Assembly: GCF_000018105.1 (NCBI RefSeq)
Contig: NC_009925.1
Span: 6,150,001 to 6,182,000 of the forward strand
Direction: 5' to 3'
DNA length: 32,000 nucleotides
Source: Acaryochloris marina MBIC11017
GTDB taxonomy: Bacteria; Cyanobacteriota; Cyanobacteriia; Thermosynechococcales; Thermosynechococcaceae
A program made the position numbers and the translations under genes. This document shows, piece after piece, positions 23,630-32,000 of this stretch (position 1 is its first letter; the number at the start of each line of letters is the position of its first letter). The notes under the pieces are model-generated. The model had not been told where the DNA came from. It made no database searches and saw only the letters and a program-made list of their open reading frames with translations.

Positions 23630-26362
23630 CTATAACAATTCCAATTCCGCAGCGCGTTTGACGGCGGATCTACGGTTATTAACCCCAAGTTTGCTGTAGA
23701 TGTTCTTTGTATGGGTCCGCATCGTGTTCAGCGACACCATCAGTTCGCGGGCAATTTCTGGACCGCTCAATTCGGTTCTGAGCAATTTGAGTACGTCAAG
23801 TTCGCGATCGCTTAAGGGTTCTGCTAACCCCTGAGTGACAGGTACTTTAACTTGGACATCTCTAAAGGCTCCCAGTAGCTGCAAGACATAGCTTGGAGCC
23901 ATGTCTTGCTTTGCAGCCGCTTGCAGCAATGTCATCATGGGTGGGCCTTCATCCAAGAACAGCCGAATATAGCCCTCCGGCTCAGCCAGTGTCAGAGCCT
24001 GTTGCAGGGGAACAAGGGCTACCGGGATATTGCCCTGTGCTTCCTGGGCTAGAGCCTGCAAGATGAGAAGTGCGATCGCACTCCCAATCCGCCCCCCTGC
24101 TTCTGCTGCAGTCAACAGCCGATCCAGTAGACCCACTGCCCCATGAATAGGTGGTTTCTCTGCTGGATTCTGTCGGTATTGGGTAATCAATATCCTCACC
24201 AGGGTCATATGCTCAAACTCGCGTAGGTAGCTTAGATCGTCGTCAATGGATAGATTTTGCGATCGCACCCACCCCCAGGCTTCCATCAACCGACCTTGCC
24301 GCACCCATACTCGAGCCCTCTGCGCTGCAATAGGCTGTGCAGTGGGCATTGGACTGCGATAGTAGAGCCGCTCTGCTTCATTAAGCAAATCAAGTGCGCC
24401 ATTGAGATCACCTTGGGCCTCCTTCATTCGTGCTTGGGCAATCCGCCAGCGATGCTGCCAATCCGGTAATGTCGCAGTTTCATCGAGTGCTTTGCCAGTC
24501 TGAAAAGACTGAGCGGCGGCATCCAAATCGTTCCATTCACACTGTAATTCGCTAATTCCCATATACAGATTTGCCGTCCCTCGTAGCACAGTCCCGCCCT
24601 TCTCTATGGCAATTTTCGAGAATTTCTGATAGGTCTTCAGCGCTTCGCGGAGATACCCTTGTGTCGCTCGAATTTCAGCCAGGGCATAGCCTAGGTCAAT
24701 GGTGTTCAAAACATCGCCAGCCCTCTGAAAACTCTTAACCACTTCAGTAAAGAAACGGTGGGCTGCGTCTAGATCGCCATTGGCCCAGTGGGCAATTCCC
24801 AGCAGTGAAGTAGGAGCAGCCCGCTTGATATAATCATCCTCCGGCAACAGATCGAGGGCTTGCTGGGCATATTTCAAAGTATCGGGGATATCACCTAAGG
24901 TCTGAGCTTGGTAGGCACGGGCCGCAGCGAGAGTCACTGGGAGAGCGTGAAATTCGGCTTCATTCACCACGACCATTTCAGGTTGTGATGACCCAGGTTG
25001 ATTTGAAATGTCATCCAGCCACTGTTCGATAGCCTGAAGGTGAGGCTCAGCAGCTTCCAGCTTCCCACAGCCCATCAGCGCCCAGGCATATCCTGCGTTG
25101 AGCACAGGTCGATTACAGAACAGCTCATCAGGGAGTGCCTTCATCCAGCCAATCACCGTGGCGTTTTGATACTGTCGGGTTAGATCTCGCCAGTTCAGCT
25201 CGACAAGGTTTGCGGCCCGCTCATAATTTTGAGCCGCAAAAGCATGATAAATCGCATCGGTGGGTAACCCCTGGCGCTCATACCACCCGCTTGCCTGTGA
25301 ATGTAAGCCGGATATTTGCTCGGGTTGTTCCTCAATGGCTTTAGCCTGAAGTACCTCTGCAAACAAGTGATGATAGCGATACCACTGGCGTTGATCATCC
25401 AGGGGCACAACAAATAGATTATCTCGCTCTAAGGTTTTTAAGATCTCTTGACCATTGGTTTGCTCGGTCACGGCATTACATAGAGGACCAGTCAACCGCT
25501 GCAGAATGGAGGATTGTAGTAGAAAGTGACGGATCGGTTCAGACTGACACTGTAAAACCTCTGCGACTAAATAGTCGAGAACGAAATGGTGACTCCCGGT
25601 AAACGTTTGGATAAACCGAGTTGGGTCGGTTTGGCCTTGTATAGAGAGTGCCGCTAATTGTAGACCTGCAACCCATCCCTCAGTCCGGTTTTCTAATGCA
25701 GTGATATCGTCCCTCGAAAGATTGAGACCGATTCTCTGATTGAGAAACTCAACCGCTTCTGCAGTGTTGAACCGTAAGTCTTTGACCCGGACTTCACACA
25801 ACTGACCCTGAACACGCCAGCGGGCTAAGGGGAAAGCCGGATCTTCACGGGTGGCTATCACCAGGTGCGCTTGGGGTGGGAGGTGTTCAATGAGAAAGGT
25901 TAGGGCCTGATCTACGATTGAGTTATCAACCCGATGATAATCATCTAAAACCAGGACAAACTGTTCGGGGATAGTAGTGATTTCATTCAGTAGGACGGTC
26001 AAAATGTTTTCGGTGGAGAGCGGCTGAGGAGATTGGAGAGCTGCCAACACGCTTTCTCCAAAATTGCTTGAGATCTTCCGCAACGCCGCAATTACGTAAC
26101 TCAAAAACCGTTGGAGATCGTTGTCTTCCTCGTCTAGAGATAGCCAGGTAACGGTGCAGTTATCCGAAGAAGAGGGTTCATCAGCGTAATTAGAGACCCA
26201 GTCACTAACTAACGTGCTTTTGCCAAAGCCTGCTGGGGCTGAGACCAGGATGAATTTCCGGTTCAGTCCCCCCTGCAGGTAGTCAATCAGTCGAGCGCGG
26301 GAGACCACCTCTGGGCGTGGGAGAGGGATATAAAGCTTAGTGGCCAGTATAGGGGTCGGCAT
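23630..26362 (-). CDS. MalT/LAL-type STAND transcriptional regulator (AAA ATPase, TPR-like sensor region, LuxR HTH)
   Basis: Walker A VSAPAGFGKSTL and Walker B LVLDDYH. A long helical-repeat middle region follows. The C-terminal LuxR-type HTH is LSDRELDVLKLLRTELSGPEIARELMVSLNTMRTHTKNIYSKLGV. Confidence 0.9.
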   Translation of the reverse strand: MPTPILATKLYIPLPRPEVVSRARLIDYLQGGLNRKFILVSAPAGFGKSTLVSDWVSNYADEPSSSDNCTVTWLSLDEEDNDLQRFLSYVIAALRKISSNFGESVLAALQSPQPLSTENILTVLLNEITTIPEQFVLVLDDYHRVDNSIVDQALTFLIEHLPPQAHLVIATREDPAFPLARWRVQGQLCEVRVKDLRFNTAEAVEFLNQRIGLNLSRDDITALENRTEGWVAGLQLAALSIQGQTDPTRFIQTFTGSHHFVLDYLVAEVLQCQSEPIRHFLLQSSILQRLTGPLCNAVTEQTNGQEILKTLERDNLFVVPLDDQRQWYRYHHLFAEVLQAKAIEEQPEQISGLHSQASGWYERQGLPTDAIYHAFAAQNYERAANLVELNWRDLTRQYQNATVIGWMKALPDELFCNRPVLNAGYAWALMGCGKLEAAEPHLQAIEQWLDDISNQPGSSQPEMVVVNEAEFHALPVTLAAARAYQAQTLGDIPDTLKYAQQALDLLPEDDYIKRAAPTSLLGIAHWANGDLDAAHRFFTEVVKSFQRAGDVLNTIDLGYALAEIRATQGYLREALKTYQKFSKIAIEKGGTVLRGTANLYMGISELQCEWNDLDAAAQSFQTGKALDETATLPDWQHRWRIAQARMKEAQGDLNGALDLLNEAERLYYRSPMPTAQPIAAQRARVWVRQGRLMEAWGWVRSQNLSIDDDLSYLREFEHMTLVRILITQYRQNPAEKPPIHGAVGLLDRLLTAAEAGGRIGSAIALLILQALAQEAQGNIPVALVPLQQALTLAEPEGYIRLFLDEGPPMMTLLQAAAKQDMAPSYVLQLLGAFRDVQVKVPVTQGLAEPLSDRELDVLKLLRTELSGPEIARELMVSLNTMRTHTKNIYSKLGVNNRRSAVKRAAELELL

Positions 26363-26391
26363 GATTTAAGACTCAACATCAAATGCATGGT

Positions 26392-29169
26392 CTAAATTAA
26401 ATCCAGAGCAGTTGCCCGCTTAATCGCTGCCCGACGATTATTGACATTGAGTTTGCTATAGATGCTCTTGGTATGGGTGCGAACCGTGCTCAAGGCAACC
26501 ACTAGTTCACGAGCAATCTCTGGACCAGACAGATCAGTTCTAAGCAAGCGCAACACATCAAGCTCTCGTTGGCTCAGCGGTTCAACTAGCGACTGAGCAG
26601 ATGCAGAGATAGGGGAAACAGCTTGATCCTCACGTTTTTGCCCCCAGGTCTCTAACGCAGTTAATAGCCTACCTGTGTAGCCTGGAGTAATGCCACGGGC
26701 TGCGATTTCACGCAACAGCTCCGCCATTGATGTTCCTTCTTGGGCAAAAATGCGGACATAGCCTTCTGGTTCAGCCAGGGTGAGGGCACATTTTAGGGGT
26801 GAGATCGCCCGCTCAACATCCCCTAATACCTCATATGCCAGTCCCTGAGTTACCAAAATGTCAAGTACACTCCCGTTTCTCCCTGCTGCTTGCGCCACCT
26901 GCAGGAGTCGGGCCAGCAAGTCAAGCACTTGATGAATTACATTGTCTCTGCAATGGCCCTGAGCCGATCTTTGACCATCACTTCGATACCGAGCAATCAG
27001 TACCCTCGTTAAAGTGATATGTTCATACTCTTTCAGATAGCTAAGGTCATCCTCAACGGATAGCTGACGCTCATTTGCCCAGCTCAGGGCTTCAGAGAGT
27101 TGGCCCTGCCTTACCCACATCCGCACCTTCAATGCTGCAACAGGACGCACATCAGGAATAGGGATTCGATGGTACGACCGCTCCGCCTCGTTGAGTAACT
27201 TGAATGCTTCCTCTAAATCCCCGAGCGATTCCTTGAGGTGCGCCTGCACCACGCACCAGAGATGGTCTGCTCCTGGTAACGTGGTGGCTTGCTCTCGCAG
27301 CTCCTCGCCTTGTAGCAAAAGCTGGCTGGCGGTCTCCAAATCACCCTGCTCATAGTGCAGTTCGCTGAGTGCCATCAATAGTTCCGCCGTCCCCCGTCGC
27401 CCAGGCTCACCCTGTTCTGTTGCCAGTTGCAAAGCCTGCTCACAGGTGCGGATAGCCTCTTGGAGTCGACCTTGGCCTCTCCTGATATGGGCCAAAATTA
27501 AGGTGCCACCGATCGCAATCTGGACACCGCCAATTTTCTGAAAAATCGCCAGCCCTTTAGCAAAGGATAGGTGTGCAGCCTCTAGATTTCCGCTAGCCCA
27601 ATAGGCAAGGCCGAGCAGAGATGCAGTGGTTCCGCGCTCATATGCTGCATCCTCTGGTAACAGCGCTAGGGCCTGCTGTGCATAGGTGATGGTACTCGAC
27701 ACATCACCCAACGCTTGCGCTCGATAGGCGCGGGCATTGGCGATAGAAGCCGGTAAAGACCGAAACTGTAGGTCGTCCACCACGACTCTCTCAACGGCTG
27801 GAGATTCGGTGTCCTTGTCCAGCCACCGTTCAGCATTCTGTAAACGCGCTTCCGCAGTATCCAACTGGCCGTCGTTTAGTAACACGAGGGCATAAACAAC
27901 GCTCAGGACAGGTCGGTTATGAAACACTGAGTTAGGAAGTGACTTCATCCAGCCAAATACCGTGGATTCCTGCTGACGCTGACGCATCGTGGGCCATATC
28001 CGCTCGATCAAACTGGCCGCTCGCTCGAAGTCTTTAGCAGCCAGGGCATGGTGGATGGCATGGAATAGTTGATTATTCTGCTCGTACCACTCGCTAGCTC
28101 GCCTGTGCAGAATGGAGAGGTGCTCTAACTGCTCCGCAATCGCATGGGCCTGGAGAACATCAGCAAACAGATGGTGATAGCGATACCACTGGCGCTTGTT
28201 ATCCAGCGGCACCACAAACAGATTGTCGCGCTCCAGATCCGCCAGCATGGTCTGGCTTCCTTGCTGGTTGGTGACTGCATCACAGAGTGGCCCACTCAAG
28301 CGTTCTAACATGGCGGTTTGGAGCAAAAATGTACGAACGCGATCGCACTGACGCTGCAAGACCTCTTCCAACAAGTAGTCCACTATGTAGCGGTCATCAC
28401 CCGAGAAGGCTGCGATAAATTCAGGAATGTCCTCCCGACCTTGCATTGAGAGGGCTGCAAGCTGAAGTCCCGCAACCCAGCCTTCGGTTCGGGTCTCTAG
28501 AGCAGCGATATCTGCAGGCGAAATGTCCAACCCCATCATTCGGTTGAGGAACGCTGCGGCTTCGTTTGAGGTAAAGCGCAGATCCGCAGCTCGCAGCTCG
28601 GTCAATTCTCCTCGACCTCGAAGACGGGCTAGAGGCAGGGGTGGATCAGTCCGGCTAGCAATGATCAGATGCAATTGGAAGGGAAGATGGTCCAGGAGAA
28701 ATGTGATCGCTTCCTGCACACCTCGGTTTTCAATCACATGGAAATCATCGAGGATCAGCGTCAAGTTATCCTCAACGCCATTGATCTCATTGATTAAGAT
28801 CGCCAAAACTGACTCAATGGGCGGTGGTTGTGGAGATTGCAATAACGAGAGCGATCTCTCACCTAGCCCAGAATTAATCTTCTGGAGGGCGGTGATTAGG
28901 TAGGCCCAGAAAAATGCAGAATCATTGTCACCCTGATCTAGTGAAACCCAGGTAACAAGCTGATCCGGGACAGCCGCCACCCACTCCGCCAACAGCGTTG
29001 TTTTGCCGAAACCAGCAGGGGCCGAAACGAGCGTCAGCTTGCGCTCCTTGTGAATCCGCTCAAGCAGCCTCGGACGTGAGACCAAACCAGGACGCCATTT
29101 AGGGCGGTAGAGCTTGGTCTCTAGAAGGGGGATTTCTGCGATCTCTTGCCCTGGCACATCAACCATCAA
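26392..29169 (-). CDS. MalT/LAL-type STAND transcriptional regulator, tandem paralogue of 23630-26362
   Basis: Walker A VSAPAGFGKTTL, Walker B LILDDFH, and the LuxR HTH LSQRELDVLRLLRTDLSGPEIARELVVALSTVRTHTKSIYSKLNV. It is collinear with the downstream paralogue. The likely ATG is at 29166. A 29-nt gap separates it from the next gene. Confidence 0.9.
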   Translation of the reverse strand: MMVDVPGQEIAEIPLLETKLYRPKWRPGLVSRPRLLERIHKERKLTLVSAPAGFGKTTLLAEWVAAVPDQLVTWVSLDQGDNDSAFFWAYLITALQKINSGLGERSLSLLQSPQPPPIESVLAILINEINGVEDNLTLILDDFHVIENRGVQEAITFLLDHLPFQLHLIIASRTDPPLPLARLRGRGELTELRAADLRFTSNEAAAFLNRMMGLDISPADIAALETRTEGWVAGLQLAALSMQGREDIPEFIAAFSGDDRYIVDYLLEEVLQRQCDRVRTFLLQTAMLERLSGPLCDAVTNQQGSQTMLADLERDNLFVVPLDNKRQWYRYHHLFADVLQAHAIAEQLEHLSILHRRASEWYEQNNQLFHAIHHALAAKDFERAASLIERIWPTMRQRQQESTVFGWMKSLPNSVFHNRPVLSVVYALVLLNDGQLDTAEARLQNAERWLDKDTESPAVERVVVDDLQFRSLPASIANARAYRAQALGDVSSTITYAQQALALLPEDAAYERGTTASLLGLAYWASGNLEAAHLSFAKGLAIFQKIGGVQIAIGGTLILAHIRRGQGRLQEAIRTCEQALQLATEQGEPGRRGTAELLMALSELHYEQGDLETASQLLLQGEELREQATTLPGADHLWCVVQAHLKESLGDLEEAFKLLNEAERSYHRIPIPDVRPVAALKVRMWVRQGQLSEALSWANERQLSVEDDLSYLKEYEHITLTRVLIARYRSDGQRSAQGHCRDNVIHQVLDLLARLLQVAQAAGRNGSVLDILVTQGLAYEVLGDVERAISPLKCALTLAEPEGYVRIFAQEGTSMAELLREIAARGITPGYTGRLLTALETWGQKREDQAVSPISASAQSLVEPLSQRELDVLRLLRTDLSGPEIARELVVALSTVRTHTKSIYSKLNVNNRRAAIKRATALDLI

Positions 29170-29218
29170 TTTTTTCGCTCAAGTGCCTGAGATATCTACT
29201 CTAATCGATTGAAAACCT

Positions 29219-29258
29219 ATTTGATGATAGGCCCTAATACAACACGATTTGATGGTAG
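29219..29258. promoter_or_regulatory. 12-bp direct repeat pair upstream of the first LAL regulator gene
   Basis: ATTTGATGATAG (29219-29230) and ATTTGATGGTAG (29247-29258), 11/12 identical. They lie 50-90 bp upstream of the start codon. Confidence 0.35.
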
Positions 29259-29528
29259 TACAGCAATTCTAAATTATTCATACCGCCAAGCAATAAATTA
29301 TCTGAGTTTGACACCGATCTCGGCTATACACATCCATTTCGACCAGCCAGTGCCATAGTCAAATGACGTCACGGACTCCAGTCCTGCTACATGCAGGAAA
29401 GAGTCCATTTGGTTGGACAGCGCAGGAACATTAGGACTTGACCCAGCCCTTTGCGATTCACCGAGCCGATCAGAAGAGTTGCGCGAGCCAACCTCAATAT
29501 TCCTGGGTGCAGCAAGCTATCGAAATAT

Positions 29529-29975
29529 TTAAGAACGACGCACCGCCATAAACCAGACCCACCACAGTAAGAAAAGTTGTAATGGTATGCGAAAGAACAG
29601 ATAGCGAGGGCCGTTAATATTTCCACCAAAGTCAACGGAATTTAAGGCCGCATAGATATTAGACGGAAGTACAGCAATCAAGAATGTAAGTGTCAATAGA
29701 CCATTCATACGTCTGACTGATGGCCATAAAAAGCCAAGTCCCAGAATAATTTCTATGATTCCGGTGATGTAAATGATTGGATAGCGCCCCGGAACCCATT
29801 CAGGCAGCATCTGTACCATGCCTTCGGCCAAAGCAAAATGACTGATTCCTGTGAAGATAAACAAAGCCGCAAAGGCAATACAGCCAGCGGTACGAATCTG
29901 GCGGGGACGTTGGGTGATCGCTGATAGTCCCCAAGTCACAGTAAATACGCTGAGTAGTACAACTAAAACAATCAT
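29529..29975 (-). CDS. DoxX-like integral membrane protein
   Basis: Four hydrophobic segments and DoxX-like blocks (FTGISHF, IIEIILGLGFLWP, VLPSNIYAA). Confidence 0.6.
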   Translation of the reverse strand: MIVLVVLLSVFTVTWGLSAITQRPRQIRTAGCIAFAALFIFTGISHFALAEGMVQMLPEWVPGRYPIIYITGIIEIILGLGFLWPSVRRMNGLLTLTFLIAVLPSNIYAALNSVDFGGNINGPRYLFFRIPLQLFLLWWVWFMAVRRS

Positions 29976-30054
29976 GTCGCTTCCTTATTGAGAGCTTGCC
30001 TGCCTCGTGGCGTTCGAGAAAAAGTCGTGAATTGAGTTGGATACTCTACTACAG

Positions 30055-30699
30055 TTACCAGTGCAAAATGAGTGGCATTGCAGGTCGAAAATCTTGGGTG
30101 TGCCCCAGGGCACGATGTTCTAACGTGATTTCCATCAGATGTTCACAAGCTGATTGGATGGATAGGCGATCGCACCTTGATGCCAACGCCAACACCCCGT
30201 CAGTGTCAATCGATGGTGTAGAAATGACCACCTCCGTAATCCTCTGGGAATTGCGTTCAGGTTGCGGTAGGGGTACACCCGGATTATGGAATGGGAAATA
30301 GAAACAGAGCGGTTCCAGATAGTTCTCGGAATTGGCACCCACATGGAATCCTGTCGGGAGTGGAAAGTAGTCAGGTTGATAATGCCAGCCAGGGAAGGGC
30401 ATGTCGGGGCTGGCATTATCTTTGCAGGGGACAAAAATGATGCCGAAGGGCGAGGCGGTGGGATCTGTTGCTCGCTCAGAAAAGTGCAGGTTTCGACCGG
30501 GACCAGTGTTTGCCTCATGGGCATCTCGCACCCATAGGAATTCCACCATGCCATTGGCAAAGAAAAACCGACGGTTGGCAGTGCCCTGACCGGGATGAGT
30601 GTTTCTTGAGCCTTCTCGAAAGCCTTGTTCAAGCAGTCGATCAGCCACCCTCGCGTCCGGCTCAACCAGTATAAAAACGTGATCCAGTGTCATGTTCAT
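30055..30699 (-). CDS. Glyoxalase-like (VOC-related, Glyoxalase_3-type) domain protein
   Basis: The N-terminal block LDHVFILVEPDARVADRLLEQGFREGSRNTHPGQGTANRRFFFANGMVEFLWVRD fits the glyoxalase-like domain pattern. Confidence 0.7.
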   Translation of the reverse strand: MNMTLDHVFILVEPDARVADRLLEQGFREGSRNTHPGQGTANRRFFFANGMVEFLWVRDAHEANTGPGRNLHFSERATDPTASPFGIIFVPCKDNASPDMPFPGWHYQPDYFPLPTGFHVGANSENYLEPLCFYFPFHNPGVPLPQPERNSQRITEVVISTPSIDTDGVLALASRCDRLSIQSACEHLMEITLEHRALGHTQDFRPAMPLILHW

Positions 30700-30705
30700 G
30701 GCCGT

Positions 30706-31350
30706 TTATGCAGGCTTCTTTGCCACGATGAACAGGATTTTGGCGTTACCGATGGGTGATTGATAATCCCCCGCTTGCCATTGGTAATCGATCTCAAACC
30801 CTGCATCCGTCAAACTTGTCTCTAAGTCTTTTACTGTAAAGATCTTGACTAACGGAAAAAGTCCCAAGACTTTACCCACAGGGGCAATCAGCTTGAACCA
30901 AGCCATCGTATCCCCCAGACACACTGTACTGGTGATGAAACATCCGCCCGGTTGGAGCATTTTATGGACCTGAGCGATCGCTGCTTCCTTGTTTTCGAGG
31001 AGGTGTAAAACATTCAATCCCAACACCGCATCGTAACTGCTGTCTGGGACGTTCAGCTCGTCAATGCTGGCTTGCTCAAAGGTGACGTTTAGGATGTTTT
31101 GGGCGGCGGCTTTTGCTTGAGCGATATCAATCATCTTGGATGAGAAATCGATCGCTTGGATATGGTGCACGTAAGGGGCATGGGCAATGGCCGTCGATCC
31201 GGTGCCACAACCAAACTCCAGCACGTTCATACTGGGCTGAAAATACTCCCGCGTGATTTGGAGTTTTTTCTGGTAAGCGGCTTCATCAGAGATCGGCTGC
31301 TTGGCATATTTCTCGGCGATTTTGTCCCAAAATTGGGTTGATGTCGTCAT
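30706..31350 (-). CDS. Class I SAM-dependent methyltransferase
   Basis: Motif I is VLEFGCGTGSTA, and post-I/II blocks are present (AIDFSSKMI, YDAVLGLNVLHLL, LQPGGCFI). Gaps to the flanking genes are 4 nt and 6 nt. Confidence 0.85.
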   Translation of the reverse strand: MTTSTQFWDKIAEKYAKQPISDEAAYQKKLQITREYFQPSMNVLEFGCGTGSTAIAHAPYVHHIQAIDFSSKMIDIAQAKAAAQNILNVTFEQASIDELNVPDSSYDAVLGLNVLHLLENKEAAIAQVHKMLQPGGCFITSTVCLGDTMAWFKLIAPVGKVLGLFPLVKIFTVKDLETSLTDAGFEIDYQWQAGDYQSPIGNAKILFIVAKKPA

Positions 31351-31354
31351 GGAT

Positions 31355-31897
31355 TCAGCTCCTAGGTAAAGTAGCGTCAGTTTGTGCTGCGATGGTCTGA
31401 TAGAAATAGGCGATGTCCCGGCGCGATCGCAGATGATAAACCTGCTTGGTCGCCTTCACTTGCGCCATATAGTCCCGATATTTGGGCGTTAGTTTGGTGT
31501 GGCACAACCGGACGGTGGTATAGGAATTCAGCGTCCCTTTGAGTAACGGGCTTCCCTCCGGCCAACCAGCGGGTGGCACCCAAGCCCCTTGAAGAAAGCG
31601 TTTAGTCACCCACCAGTAATGCAACAGCACGGGCATATCGAGATAGACCAACGTATCGGCTGTGGCCAAACGCGGCCATAGGGTATCCATTGAGCCAAAG
31701 CCATCCATAATCCACTGGTCCTGTTGTAATAGGGCATCGTGAGCGGCTTTAAACTCAGCGTGGGGCACTTCGCTGCCACCCGGTTGGTACTGGATGGAAT
31801 CAAGGGGAAACCAAGGGAGTCCCGTTATCTCCCCAAGGCGTTTGCTGAGGGTGGACTTTCCCCCACCCGTGTTACCAAATACAGCAACTTTGTTCAT
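31355..31897 (-). CDS. P-loop NTPase / nucleotide-kinase-like protein (topology-modulation/adenylate-kinase-like family)
   Basis: Walker A is VAVFGNTGGGKSTLSKRL at the extreme N-terminus. The size is about 180 aa. Confidence 0.7.
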   Translation of the reverse strand: MNKVAVFGNTGGGKSTLSKRLGEITGLPWFPLDSIQYQPGGSEVPHAEFKAAHDALLQQDQWIMDGFGSMDTLWPRLATADTLVYLDMPVLLHYWWVTKRFLQGAWVPPAGWPEGSPLLKGTLNSYTTVRLCHTKLTPKYRDYMAQVKATKQVYHLRSRRDIAYFYQTIAAQTDATLPRS

Positions 31898-32000
31898 GGA
31901 TAGTTCCTCAGTGGGTTCTGTTCAGTGGCTGTTTAACGGAATCACATGGAATCAATACAAATTGGCGTAGCTAAGCTAACGGGTATCACGCCGATAGCCT

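Noticed and set aside
29387-29635. An 82-codon minus-strand ORF overlaps the end of the DoxX-like gene.
   Set aside because: It overlaps a better-supported membrane-protein gene in another frame and extends into the spacer with no motif.
30135-30665. A 176-codon ORF on the same strand as the glyoxalase-like gene but in another frame might be an overlapping gene.
   Set aside because: The 214-aa frame carries a recognisable glyoxalase-like block and tight operon spacing. The alternative frame has no motif and an odd Pro/Ser/Trp-rich composition.

Overview
The window looks like a cyanobacterial chromosome segment. Evidence: 16 perfect HIP1 octamers (GCGATCGC), a CrtL-type lycopene cyclase, and many WD40/TPR multidomain proteins. 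It is dense in accessory and signalling genes, most of them on the minus strand.

Left to right:
- An IS4-family insertion sequence (170-1668) sits against the stop codon of a membrane-anchored trypsin-like protease-TPR gene.
- An orphan sensor-less histidine kinase and a small secreted protein follow.
- Next is a three-gene unit: an HTH/NB-ARC/14xWD40 STAND NTPase whose stop overlaps (ATGA) the start of a GAF hybrid histidine kinase, followed by a CheY-like receiver.
- A compositionally patchy trio follows: VOC enzyme, SUKH/SMI1-KNR4-like protein, and an AT-rich lipoprotein gene.
- Then crtL, a GFA-family gene, and an intact IS5/IS1182-like element with a target duplication.
- A roughly 2 kb decay zone follows. 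It holds a 35-bp IR-IR remnant of the IS4 element, a 5'-truncated TPR gene, a umuC-like 3' remnant and a small ORF broken by TGA.
- A 12-kb same-strand block ends the window: P-loop kinase, SAM methyltransferase, glyoxalase-like protein, DoxX-like membrane protein, two tandem MalT/LAL-type STAND LuxR regulators, a repeat-rich 145-bp spacer, then a translationally coupled trio (92-aa unknown protein, flavin-dependent halogenase with a C-terminal extension, MDR-type reductase).

I found no rRNA, tRNA or CRISPR array by eye. The best candidates for an undescribed system are the LAL-regulated stand-alone halogenase module (20185-29169) and the STAND-WD40/two-component operon (6191-11821). All functional calls rest on motif recognition in the supplied translations. 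No database search was run.
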